A stretch of 64,000 bases of DNA from Candidatus Heimdallarchaeota archaeon (GTDB lineage Archaea; Asgardarchaeota; Heimdallarchaeia; JABLTI01): contig JAHLVW010000094.1 in NCBI GenBank assembly GCA_019058275.1, positions 64,001-128,000 of the forward strand, given 5' to 3'. Positions within the stretch are counted from its first letter, which is position 1. Every line of letters starts with the position of its first letter. Below the pieces are notes generated by a model, which searched no databases, was not told where the DNA came from, and saw only the letters and a list, made by a program, of their open reading frames with translations. The translations under genes were made by a program, and so were the position numbers. Positions 28,514-37,682 of the stretch are shown one piece after another.

Positions 28514-29935
28514 CTACTTAACAATTCCAACTATTGATTTACTTGGGTCAAGTGTTTTTCTTGCGTCTTTCAAATCACTACGTAGATTTGCAGGCATTCT
28601 TGTAGGTAGATTAAATCCACTTTCTTCATCCTGAGCGTAAGCAAATACAAAAGTTAGGTAAGCTGTTTTCATAGGTCTAAATATGAAGAAAGTAGGAATA
28701 TTTGCGAATATTACCATTGGAATTATGCAAATTAACATTGCTGTAGTCCAACTTAAAGAAGGAACTGCTGCTTTTACGATTAAACCAACAATTGCTCCAA
28801 GAATACCATAAATAAAGAAAGCGATCCATTGAACGATGGCCATAGCTCGTTGAACACCAGTTTCACGAATGAGGACATCCATATAGTATTTCTTCAAAAG
28901 ATTAAAACTACGGGTAACACCACTTCTGAAATTTAGTCCTTCCACAGTAATTGCTGGTAAGGTGAAATATGTAAGATACTTGAATACAAAACCAACTATA
29001 GCTGCAATAGCACGAGCTAGAATTGCCAAAACCAAACCTGCAACATTACCTTTTGATTGAGAAGTCGTTGCAGCATTCCTTAACATTTGCTGAATCCAAC
29101 TGACTATTGCAGTAATTGCTCCAAAGGCAAATATAGGACCAAATTGCCCTGCAACATTCCTTACACAGAATTTCATATCCGGATCTCTTTTACGATACCA
29201 TTCGTATGCATATGTTGTATTAATTGATTCAGCAATGTAGAAACTTCCATAATAGACAATTAATTGTAATAATGAAGCAATTGAAGCTACGAGATATCCA
29301 GCCCAAACGAAAGATGTTTCATAGAAAATGGCTACCAAATATGCAAAAATAGATCCCATAGTTAGAAAGTTAATGACTGAAACCCAAGAGACAAAGAGTG
29401 GAGCTAAAATCATACCTTTTTCAGCTAACACTACTTCACCTGTGAACTTCATAAATTCTCCAGCTCTTTTGAACTTTCGAATATTTGTAAACATGCCAAT
29501 AATAAGAAATACTACTGGTACTAGGGAAATCAATGCAATAAGTACACCACCAAATGGTATTGCTAAGAGTATTCCTACAACAGCTCCTATAATATAAACA
29601 GCGATTCCTGCGTAAACCAAGATGTGTCCGAATTTCTTAACCAAGAAAAGCAAAAGCCAACCTACGAGGAAACCAACAACCATCAATCCAACAACGATTA
29701 GGAGGATAACCCACCAGTATTGTTGAATCGTACCTCCAGCAATAATTAGAGCAACTACTGTAGTTAATAAATCACTAATAACTTCACCAAAAGTATCAGA
29801 AGTATTTGGAACTAACGTATTCCATAAAAGAATAAAACAAAGGATACCTATACCAAAGAAAATTAGCGAAACAAAAGTATAACCAAAAATTGCTTTTTTG
29901 TTTGCTGGTTTTGTTGTAATTTTACCAACAGTCAT
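28514..29935 (-). CDS. Multi-pass membrane protein, CTL/SLC44 (choline transporter-like)-related
   Basis: About 10 TM segments. FGPIFAFGAI and KYLTYFTLPAITVEGLNFRSGVTRSFNLLK resemble the CTL-family GSxxxG and (N)xxAxxxxAIxGxxFxxSxxxxFxLL segments. Confidence 0.55.
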   Translation of the reverse strand: MTVGKITTKPANKKAIFGYTFVSLIFFGIGILCFILLWNTLVPNTSDTFGEVISDLLTTVVALIIAGGTIQQYWWVILLIVVGLMVVGFLVGWLLLFLVKKFGHILVYAGIAVYIIGAVVGILLAIPFGGVLIALISLVPVVFLIIGMFTNIRKFKRAGEFMKFTGEVVLAEKGMILAPLFVSWVSVINFLTMGSIFAYLVAIFYETSFVWAGYLVASIASLLQLIVYYGSFYIAESINTTYAYEWYRKRDPDMKFCVRNVAGQFGPIFAFGAITAIVSWIQQMLRNAATTSQSKGNVAGLVLAILARAIAAIVGFVFKYLTYFTLPAITVEGLNFRSGVTRSFNLLKKYYMDVLIRETGVQRAMAIVQWIAFFIYGILGAIVGLIVKAAVPSLSWTTAMLICIIPMVIFANIPTFFIFRPMKTAYLTFVFAYAQDEESGFNLPTRMPANLRSDLKDARKTLDPSKSIVGIVK

Positions 29936-30147
29936 TTTTTAACCTCAAAAAATGTTTTTTGATTCTATTTAATGGTTACAACAATGACTTAAGAATATTA
30001 TTGCGAATTAATCTGAAAGATACTTGGTTGCTAATGTAAGCAAATATTGCAAGAATCCTTTTAAAAGAAATAAGCAGTCTTTTTGTTATATACTAAGCAA
30101 AGAGTTTAATGAATATTATTCATTGAATGTAATTAGTGGTGAACTAA

Positions 30148-31593
30148 ATGACTTTGGTTGTTCGAAATACTCTTACTCGAAAAATGGAAGAATTCAAACC
30201 GCTAGTTGATGGTAAAGTTACTATGTATACTTGTGGTCCTACAGTTTATAGCACTCCACATATTGGTAATTATAGAACTTTCTTCATGTCAGATATGATT
30301 CGTAGATATCTTGAATTCAAAGGCTATGAAGTCTTTCATTTAATGAACATCACAGATATTGACGATAAAATAATCCGTGATATAAAAAAAGAGGAAGGTC
30401 TTTCTCTTAAGGAATTTACAGAGAAATACATTGATGTGTTCTTTGAAGGTATTGATTGGCTTAACATAAAACGTGCTCATTTATATCCCAGAGCTACTGA
30501 TCACATTGAAGAAATGGTTGCAATGATCAAAACTCTTGAGGAAAAAGGGTTTGCGTATGAAACGGATGATGGTGTTTATTTCAACATACGAAAGTTCAAA
30601 GAATATGGAAAGCTAGCGAATATTGATCTCGATTCTTTGCAAGTCGGTGAGCGAGCTAGAGCAGACACCTATGAAAAAGGAAGTGTTCAGGATTTCGCAT
30701 TATGGAAGAAAAGCACTGAAGATGAACTAAAACGAAAGATATTCTATGAGAGTCTTTGGGGCAAGGGTCGTCCCGGTTGGTCTATAGAATGTTCAGTTAT
30801 GTCAATGAAGTATTTAGGTGAAACACTGGATATTCATACAGGTGCTGTCGATCTAAAATTCCCACACCATACGAATGAAATTGCCCAATCAGAAGCAACT
30901 ACTGGAAAACTTTTTGTAAAATATTGGTTACATGGTGAATTCTTAAATCTAAAAGAGGAAAAAATGTCAAAATCACTTGGCAATGTTACTACACTTCATG
31001 TGCTAATGGATAAATTCGATGCTGATACAATTCGATATTTCTTCCTTTCAACAAGGTATGATGCTATACTAGAGTTCACTGAGGACAAGATTATTGGAGT
31101 AAAAAATAGTGTAGACAGATTACGAACAACATATGAGAATGTTCAGAGCTATATGCGATCACTTACTCAAAAATCTCCTATGGGTAAACGAGAAGAAACG
31201 TTGCTCAAAGAAGCTCATAAAGTCAGGGAGAATTTCGAAAGAGATATGGACAAAAACTTTGACACACCAAAGGGACTCAAAGCTATTCATGAATTAGCAA
31301 AGGCTTTGAATAAATACATAGAAGGAGAAATCAACCACGGAACCTTAAGTGAAGCATTTGATATTTACAAATTACTACTCTCAATCTTTGGACTCTTTGA
31401 AAAGATCTCTGAAGGATCTCTCGCTGACAATAAAACTTACGATGAGTTACTAAAATTGATTATTGAGCTAAGAAATGAAGCTCGTAAAAAGGAAGATTAT
31501 CCAACTAGTGACAAAATACGTGATAAGTTGGCTGAATTGAATATAGTTCTTGAAGATTCAGCAAAAGGAACAATTTGGAAAATCAAGAAATAG
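30148..31593 (+). CDS. cysS: Cysteine--tRNA ligase
   Basis: CGPTVY, HIGN, DFALWK, GRPGWSIECS and KMSKS motifs. Confidence 0.97.
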   Translation: MTLVVRNTLTRKMEEFKPLVDGKVTMYTCGPTVYSTPHIGNYRTFFMSDMIRRYLEFKGYEVFHLMNITDIDDKIIRDIKKEEGLSLKEFTEKYIDVFFEGIDWLNIKRAHLYPRATDHIEEMVAMIKTLEEKGFAYETDDGVYFNIRKFKEYGKLANIDLDSLQVGERARADTYEKGSVQDFALWKKSTEDELKRKIFYESLWGKGRPGWSIECSVMSMKYLGETLDIHTGAVDLKFPHHTNEIAQSEATTGKLFVKYWLHGEFLNLKEEKMSKSLGNVTTLHVLMDKFDADTIRYFFLSTRYDAILEFTEDKIIGVKNSVDRLRTTYENVQSYMRSLTQKSPMGKREETLLKEAHKVRENFERDMDKNFDTPKGLKAIHELAKALNKYIEGEINHGTLSEAFDIYKLLLSIFGLFEKISEGSLADNKTYDELLKLIIELRNEARKKEDYPTSDKIRDKLAELNIVLEDSAKGTIWKIKK

Positions 31594-31622
31594 TAGATTT
31601 AAGGAATCTACTTCTCTTTTTT
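31592..31622 (+). terminator. Hairpin plus U-tract terminator after cysS
   Basis: AGTAGATT-TAAGG-AATCTACT followed by TCTCTTTTTT. Confidence 0.55.
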
Positions 31623-31686
31623 AATTTCATTATATTAATAAAGTAAGATACATAAAGTCCATTTGCATTATTGCATGTGAATTCTT

Positions 31687-31941
31687 ATGTTCGGGAACTA
31701 TATTAGAAAATTAAAGGATAGAGAGTATGCTTTCGAGTTTGGTCGAAAAATGCAATGTCCTCATTGCAAAGAAAATGTTTCCTGGATAAAGGGATATATT
31801 GGTCAAGATCAAGGATTGAAATCACTAATTGGTACCAAAATAAACATCATGGTTATGGTTTTCCTTTGTCCAAATTGCGAAACAATACTAAATGCACAGC
31901 AAGTTGGTGTAGGAAATAAAATATTTGCAGATTTAAAATAA
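31687..31941 (+). CDS. Small Zn-ribbon protein
   Basis: CPHC...CPNC. Confidence 0.65.
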   Translation: MFGNYIRKLKDREYAFEFGRKMQCPHCKENVSWIKGYIGQDQGLKSLIGTKINIMVMVFLCPNCETILNAQQVGVGNKIFADLK

Positions 31942-32137
31942 TCCTATCCAACAAAGATTCGATTTTTTTTCTTTTTACATTTTTTTGTCTATAAATGAGA
32001 TTTTTTAAGGTACAAATCATTAGTTATATTCAAATATAATAGAAAAACTTGAAAAGCGTTTATGATTGCCGATTAACTAGTAAAAGTGAAAAATAATTCC
32101 TAAAATATCTGATATCCTTTGGGAAGAGTGAAATAAA

Positions 32138-34330
32138 ATGCCAACAAAGTCTAATATAAATCTAAAAGTTGCAGAAGCAAGACAAAGGGACATTGGAAGA
32201 CAAAAAGTTCGAATTGATGGTCTTTCAATGCGACAAATTAATGTCACCACTGGTGATGTTGTCGAAATTAAGGGGAAAAAGGTCACAGCTGCAATTGCCT
32301 GGCCAGCATATCCAGAAGATCAAAATGCAGGTCTTATTAGAATGGATAAATTACTGAGAAACAATGCAGATGTTGGATTATCCGAAAAAGTAACTGTAAC
32401 AAAAGCAAATGCAAAGAATGCTAAAATAGTCACTTTAGCACCCTTCCAAACACCTGTAGCAATAGACTATAGTTTTGAGAATTTTGTTAAAAGAAAATTA
32501 CTAGGTTATCCACTAACAGAAGAAGATACTGTTTTAATTCCCATTTTAGGTAAATCTTTACCATTTACTGTAACCTCTACTACTCCCAAGGGTATTATTA
32601 GAATAACAGAGGATACTGAGCTAAAAGTAATTGACAAACCAGTTCAAGTTTCTGACAAAGCACTGCCCAGAACCTCCTATGAAGATATTGGTGGTTTAGG
32701 TGACCAGATTCGCAGGATTCGTGAAATGGTAGAACTTCCTATGAAACACCCAGAACTTTTCCATAAGCTGGGAATTGATCCGCCAAAAGGAGTTCTTTTA
32801 CACGGACCACCTGGCTGTGGTAAAACATTGATTGCAAAAGCAGTAGCTAATGAAAGTGCTGCAAATTTCACAACAATTAATGGTCCTGAAATCATGTCCA
32901 AGTTTTATGGTGAATCAGAACAAAGACTTCGTCAAATTTTCAAAGATGCATCTGCAAAAGCTCCAACAATAGTTTTCATTGATGAATTAGATGCTATCGC
33001 TAGTAAGAGAGCTGATGTTACAGGCGAGGTTGAACGAAGAGTTGTAGCTCAGCTATTAGCACTTATGGATGGCATGGTATCTCGAGGAGAAGTTTTAGTC
33101 ATAGGAGCAACCAATAGACCTAATGTAATTGATCCTGCTTTAAGAAGGCCAGGTCGATTTGATCGAGAAATCGAAATAGGAGTTCCTGATCGAGATGGCA
33201 GACGAGAAATCTTACAAATCCACTCAAGAGGTATGCCTTTAGCAGAAGATGCTAATTTAGATCTAATCGCTGAAAAGACTCACGGATTTGTAGGAGCAGA
33301 TTTACAGGCACTATGTCGTGAATCAGCTATGAAAGCTTTGCGACGCTTCCTACCAGATATCGATTTTGCTGATAAAATAATTACACCAGAATTACTAGAT
33401 AAGCTAGAAGTTACTCAAGAAGACTTCCAATCAGCTATGAAAGAAGTCCAACCTTCTGCAATTAGAGAAGTATTTACGGAAATTCCAAACATTAGATGGA
33501 CGGATGTTGGAGGTTTAGATAATCAAATAAGAGAATTAAAGGAAGCAATTGAATGGCCCCTTAAATTTAAAGAATCATTTTCAAGAATGGGCATTCGACC
33601 TCCACGTGGAGTTTTGTTATTTGGTCCTCCTGGTTGTGGCAAGACTTTGCTTGCAAAAGCTGTTGCAACAGAGAGCGAAGTTAATTTCATTAGTATTAAA
33701 GGACCTGAGGTTATGAGCAAATGGGTGGGCGAGTCTGAGAAAGCAGTTAGGGAAATCTTCAGAAAGGCAAAAATATCTGCTCCAACCATTGTTTTCTTTG
33801 ATGAGATAGATGCATTAGCACCAAAAAGAGGTAGCGGTTTTGGTGATTCTGGAACAACTGAAAGGGTCATTAGCCAATTGCTAACAGAAATTGATGGTTT
33901 GGAAATGATTAAGCAAGTGGTCATTATTGCAGCAACTAATCGTCCTGATATTGTTGATAATGCTCTATTAAGGCCTGGTAGGTTTGACAGATTCGTTCTA
34001 ATACCACCACCTAATCAAAAATCAAGATTGAAAATTCTCAAAATCTTTACCAAAGAAATGCCATTAGATGACACTGTTGATCTAAAACAAATAGTAAAAG
34101 AAATTGACGGATTTTCTGGAGCTGATATAGAATCTCTGTGCAGAGAAGCTGCAATGTTAGCATTACGTGAGGATATGAACGCCAGTAAAGTTTGTGCAAT
34201 ACATTTCGATGCTGCAAAGAAGAAAGTTCATGCTTCAATAACTCCAGAAACAATGAAATATTACGAGAAATCCGTAGAGAAATTCAAACGAGCTTCGGTA
34301 GAAATAGCTGAACTTAAACCAATAATATAA
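32138..34330 (+). CDS. cdc48: Cdc48/VCP/p97 AAA+ ATPase
   Basis: N-domain plus two AAA modules (GPPGCGKT twice, DELD/DEID, RPGRFDR twice). Confidence 0.97.
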   Translation: MPTKSNINLKVAEARQRDIGRQKVRIDGLSMRQINVTTGDVVEIKGKKVTAAIAWPAYPEDQNAGLIRMDKLLRNNADVGLSEKVTVTKANAKNAKIVTLAPFQTPVAIDYSFENFVKRKLLGYPLTEEDTVLIPILGKSLPFTVTSTTPKGIIRITEDTELKVIDKPVQVSDKALPRTSYEDIGGLGDQIRRIREMVELPMKHPELFHKLGIDPPKGVLLHGPPGCGKTLIAKAVANESAANFTTINGPEIMSKFYGESEQRLRQIFKDASAKAPTIVFIDELDAIASKRADVTGEVERRVVAQLLALMDGMVSRGEVLVIGATNRPNVIDPALRRPGRFDREIEIGVPDRDGRREILQIHSRGMPLAEDANLDLIAEKTHGFVGADLQALCRESAMKALRRFLPDIDFADKIITPELLDKLEVTQEDFQSAMKEVQPSAIREVFTEIPNIRWTDVGGLDNQIRELKEAIEWPLKFKESFSRMGIRPPRGVLLFGPPGCGKTLLAKAVATESEVNFISIKGPEVMSKWVGESEKAVREIFRKAKISAPTIVFFDEIDALAPKRGSGFGDSGTTERVISQLLTEIDGLEMIKQVVIIAATNRPDIVDNALLRPGRFDRFVLIPPPNQKSRLKILKIFTKEMPLDDTVDLKQIVKEIDGFSGADIESLCREAAMLALREDMNASKVCAIHFDAAKKKVHASITPETMKYYEKSVEKFKRASVEIAELKPII

Positions 34331-34471
34331 AACTAAAAGTTAGCACTACTAGCTTCTTTACAATTTCTTTGTATATTCCATAATTTTTTAAAGGGTATAA
34401 ACCACATTGTAAAATGAGAATTTTCCTCAATTTTTTACTGATTAACCTATTTATGGAGTTTTATATTTAAA

Positions 34472-34744
34472 ATGTCAAAAGAGAAAGCAGCTATCTGGAA
34501 AACTATGCCCTTAGCAACAGCAGTTCTTATGGCTATTCAGAAAAGACAAGGCGTTTTGCTAGATGATGAACTACTAAAAATCCTTTCCATGGAATTTGGT
34601 GAAGTATCTAAAACAGAAATCAATGAAATTTTGATGGAGTTAGAAATAAGAGGACTAATTCATGTTAGTTATATCACCAAAACCAAAAGACGCATTGAGC
34701 TTATAGGAAAAGATATGGTTTACATGGCTGTAGGTGAAGACTAA
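34472..34744 (+). CDS. Small winged-helix protein, Cdc48-associated
   Basis: 90 aa; EINEILMELEIRGLIHV...KRRIEL wHTH pattern. Confidence 0.7.
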   Translation: MSKEKAAIWKTMPLATAVLMAIQKRQGVLLDDELLKILSMEFGEVSKTEINEILMELEIRGLIHVSYITKTKRRIELIGKDMVYMAVGED

Positions 34745-34756
34745 AAAAATTCTTTT

Positions 34757-34777
34757 GTAGCGTGAAAAACACGCTAC
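34757..34777. terminator. Hairpin between convergent genes
   Basis: GTAGCGTG-AAAAA-CACGCTAC. Confidence 0.55.
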
Positions 34778-34790
34778 CGATATTCTTATT

Positions 34791-35453
34791 CTATGCTCCG
34801 CTTCTTTCACGTTCTATTTTCTTTCGGAGCTCGGATATTTCATCCCCAATTTCATCGTCTTCTTCTTTTACTTTTGTTTTAGTTGGTTTAGTTGATACTC
34901 CTACATCTGGGAGTTCATCAACTTGACCTAAAGACAATTCCATTTCTAATTCTTTCATTTCTAGGTCGATCATATCTTCCATATCGATATCCAATTCTGT
35001 TTCGGAGAATGAAGTATCTGATAATGCTTCAGAAGCGAACGATACCTTTTCCATGGATGATTGCATTTCAAACATAGCCCTTTCAGTATCTGCAGGAGTT
35101 ACATCTTTGAGCGTATCTTCTATAACTACAACCCCTTCTTTTATTGCATGAGTGGTTTCTGCAACATCCTTAGCTTCTGAAATGGATTCAATCATTCCTT
35201 GTAAATTGAGAATTTTATTTTGAGTTTCGTTTAATTTCTTAAGATAAAGCTGACGTCTCATTAGTGCTTGTTTTGCTCCAGCTTTATTACCACTTTTCAT
35301 CATATCTCGAGCAATATCTTTCTGCTCATCGGATTGTTGGGTTAACCTTCTAGATTGGAGAGTATATTTGTTAATTACTCTTCTAATTTTAGCAATACTT
35401 TCAGTATCTTTAGGTTGATCTTTTCCGAAAAGCCAGTTTTTGATCTTGGGCAT
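34791..35453 (-). CDS. ESCRT-III / Snf7-family protein (Vps20/32/60-like)
   Basis: N-terminal amphipathic NWLFGK, basic coiled-coil hairpin with GNKAGAKQALMRRQLY, acidic C-half and LPDV motif. Confidence 0.85.
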   Translation of the reverse strand: MPKIKNWLFGKDQPKDTESIAKIRRVINKYTLQSRRLTQQSDEQKDIARDMMKSGNKAGAKQALMRRQLYLKKLNETQNKILNLQGMIESISEAKDVAETTHAIKEGVVVIEDTLKDVTPADTERAMFEMQSSMEKVSFASEALSDTSFSETELDIDMEDMIDLEMKELEMELSLGQVDELPDVGVSTKPTKTKVKEEDDEIGDEISELRKKIERERSGA

Positions 35454-35518
35454 GCTTTTATTACCAACCAGTTATTTTTTTGACAATTTTTTTTATTATT
35501 TTTTGGTTTCTTCCCTTT

Positions 35519-36546
35519 CTATGTTCCGAGCCTTCTTTTCATCGAACTGGTAGCATTCTTCAAGTCAGCATTGCTCATGAGAGGGAATTGATGCTTCTCA
35601 GCATCTTTGGTACATTCAAGATTTCTCTTTTTTGTTACCGATTCTGAGATTTCCTTTAAGATTATTCTGTCATTCACAATTTTTAATGTTCCCATATAAT
35701 ACTCATTTATTGCTAAGTTCACCATTATTAATAAATGGGTTCTTAATGAAGTTTTTTTATAACTCATTGCTTCTACTATGCGAGTTAACTTGTTGGAATG
35801 ATATATAAAGTTATACAATTTGTAAGCGGAATCACTTCTTTTTTCAATTTCTTGTGCTAACTCTTGGAAATCTATTTCCCCATTGATTATGTCATATCTT
35901 GATTTGGTCTGCAAAACTTTTTTCCTTGTAATGTAAGATGCAATGGAATCATAACGTTTGATCAATCTGATTAGTTGATTATCATTCAAATTGTTTCCGT
36001 GGTGGTTTAGACAAGCTTCTCGAACCTCTTCATCAAGTATCGTAACTTGTTTATAGATTTTACTTGGATGTTTCTCAGTATGAACAAAGTCATGAAGCAT
36101 AAGAGCAATCAGTAAACGCTGTAAAGATCTTGGATAATTAACTCCTAATCCTTTTCGAATCCTGAGTTTCCTTCTACGAGAAATTACCTTCTTTTTGTAT
36201 GCTTCAACTTTGTAATTTAACCATTTCACTTTTCCAAATCCTTGATTTCTCTTGCTTCCTAAGTTATCGAATGCCAGTATTCGTTCTATTTTTTCTTTAC
36301 CCCTCTTTTCGTTATGATCAACACAAGTTACTTTGACAAATCCGCGAAAAGCTTTCAAAACAATTGGCGCCTTTCGTTCTCCCCTTACTAGTTTTCCAAC
36401 ATAACTCCTGCGAGGTTTTTTCTTTGTTGCAAATCCCCTACTATCTTAAACCAACACCCATGTTTCTTAAAAAATGGAGAAGAAGATACAAGAGGAGTAA
36501 GTAGTTTCCCTTCCAAAGCGAAGAGTTTCTTTTCTTGTGTTACCAT
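35519..36546 (-). CDS. Cas5-like RAMP fused to an HD-type domain; split by a -1 frameshift near 36416-36421
   Basis: ATG 36546 overlaps the Cas7-like stop and reads MVTQEKKLFALEGKLLTPL (RAMP beta-1). The -1 frame continues to ORF 35519..36358, which has the G-loop LGSKRNQGFGKV, then LMLHDFVH...HH...YD (HD motifs). Confidence 0.7.
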
Positions 36547-37298
36547 GCTTCCTCCATTTGCTTCCAGAGGTTTCGTTCTTTTTCCTCCTCGATTATTTTA
36601 CCATTTTTTCCAATTGTTCTTGTCCGAAAAACTTCTTGGAGAACAATCTCCAGTAATTCAATTTTACCTGAGCCATTGTTTACACTTCCTCCGAGTCCAA
36701 GTTCAGGCATGAATAGTATCGCTTTGAGAAGAAATCCTAGTTCTTCTTGTTTTAGTTCCTCGTTGAAATCTATTATGAATGTGAATTCTCCAGAGAAATA
36801 TCGTTCCCCGAAATCTTGCATTGCTTGTTTTAAACCATGTGTTAAACTATTTCTTGTTTCAGTTGCTATGTGCACTTTTTGTGCATCCCCATTCTCCCCT
36901 TTTGAATATGTTGAAACAATAACTACTGGTTCGAATTTTACTCGAGAAAATCTTTTTATTGACCCCATAATACTATGCCAAATACATTCACTTTCAGGGA
37001 AACACGCACCATTTGGATGGAATCCTTCTGGGAGTAGTTTTTCCCCACTTTGTGTTTCTGTTTTATCTGAAGAGTGACAGATCTCTACTCCTTGTTGTTT
37101 TGCTATTGCCATCATGGAGTGATTAAGTAATCCTCTTATCCCTTTCACTAAGTATCTTTTCCCATCGTTTCCATTTTCTCCATTTGTTCCTAGGAGTAGT
37201 AAGTTGTTTACTTTTCCTCCGGAAAACGCTCCATTTCCTGTCTTAGTAATGGGTGTTCTTACTCTTACTTTTATTCGCTTAAATTTTCTCGAAACCAT
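36540..37298 (-). CDS. Cas7-group RAMP protein (Csm3/Cmr-like, Zn-binding)
   Basis: VRVRTPI, GIRGLLNH, C...C...C..HSIMGS, and a C-terminal G-rich loop LGLGGSVNNGSGKI. Confidence 0.8.
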   Translation of the reverse strand: MVSRKFKRIKVRVRTPITKTGNGAFSGGKVNNLLLLGTNGENGNDGKRYLVKGIRGLLNHSMMAIAKQQGVEICHSSDKTETQSGEKLLPEGFHPNGACFPESECIWHSIMGSIKRFSRVKFEPVVIVSTYSKGENGDAQKVHIATETRNSLTHGLKQAMQDFGERYFSGEFTFIIDFNEELKQEELGFLLKAILFMPELGLGGSVNNGSGKIELLEIVLQEVFRTRTIGKNGKIIEEEKERNLWKQMEEAW

Positions 37299-37427
37299 GT
37301 TTTTTCACCTTTTCTCTTAAATTCATTTTTCAAGATATGTTCATCGTGCATATCTTTAGTATATACTTTGTATATGGCAAACATTATTTATAAATATTCC
37401 TACCATATACATGTGGAGACAATTATT

Positions 37428-37592
37428 ATGACAGGACTAAAGTTTAGACGAAAGGTTATAATGAGCAACAGGAGTCTAATGGTCAACATACCACAAGAGA
37501 TAGCTGAAGCAATGGAAATAGAGAAAGGTGATGAGATAGAAATAACTTATCAAGAGAAGTCATTTACTTGCAAGAAGAAAATCAAAAATTGA
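37428..37592 (+). CDS. AbrB/MazE/SpoVT-family DNA-binding protein
   Basis: RKVIMSNRSLMVNIPQEIAEAMEIEKGDEI; start ATG 37428 after GGAG. Confidence 0.85.
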   Translation: MTGLKFRRKVIMSNRSLMVNIPQEIAEAMEIEKGDEIEITYQEKSFTCKKKIKN

Positions 37593-37682
37593 TTTAGTTC
37601 AATCATATGTGCTTATTCTGTTATAACTCATTACCGAGGAGTTAATATTGATCGTACAAACAAAGCTTCGAGGAATTACTCC

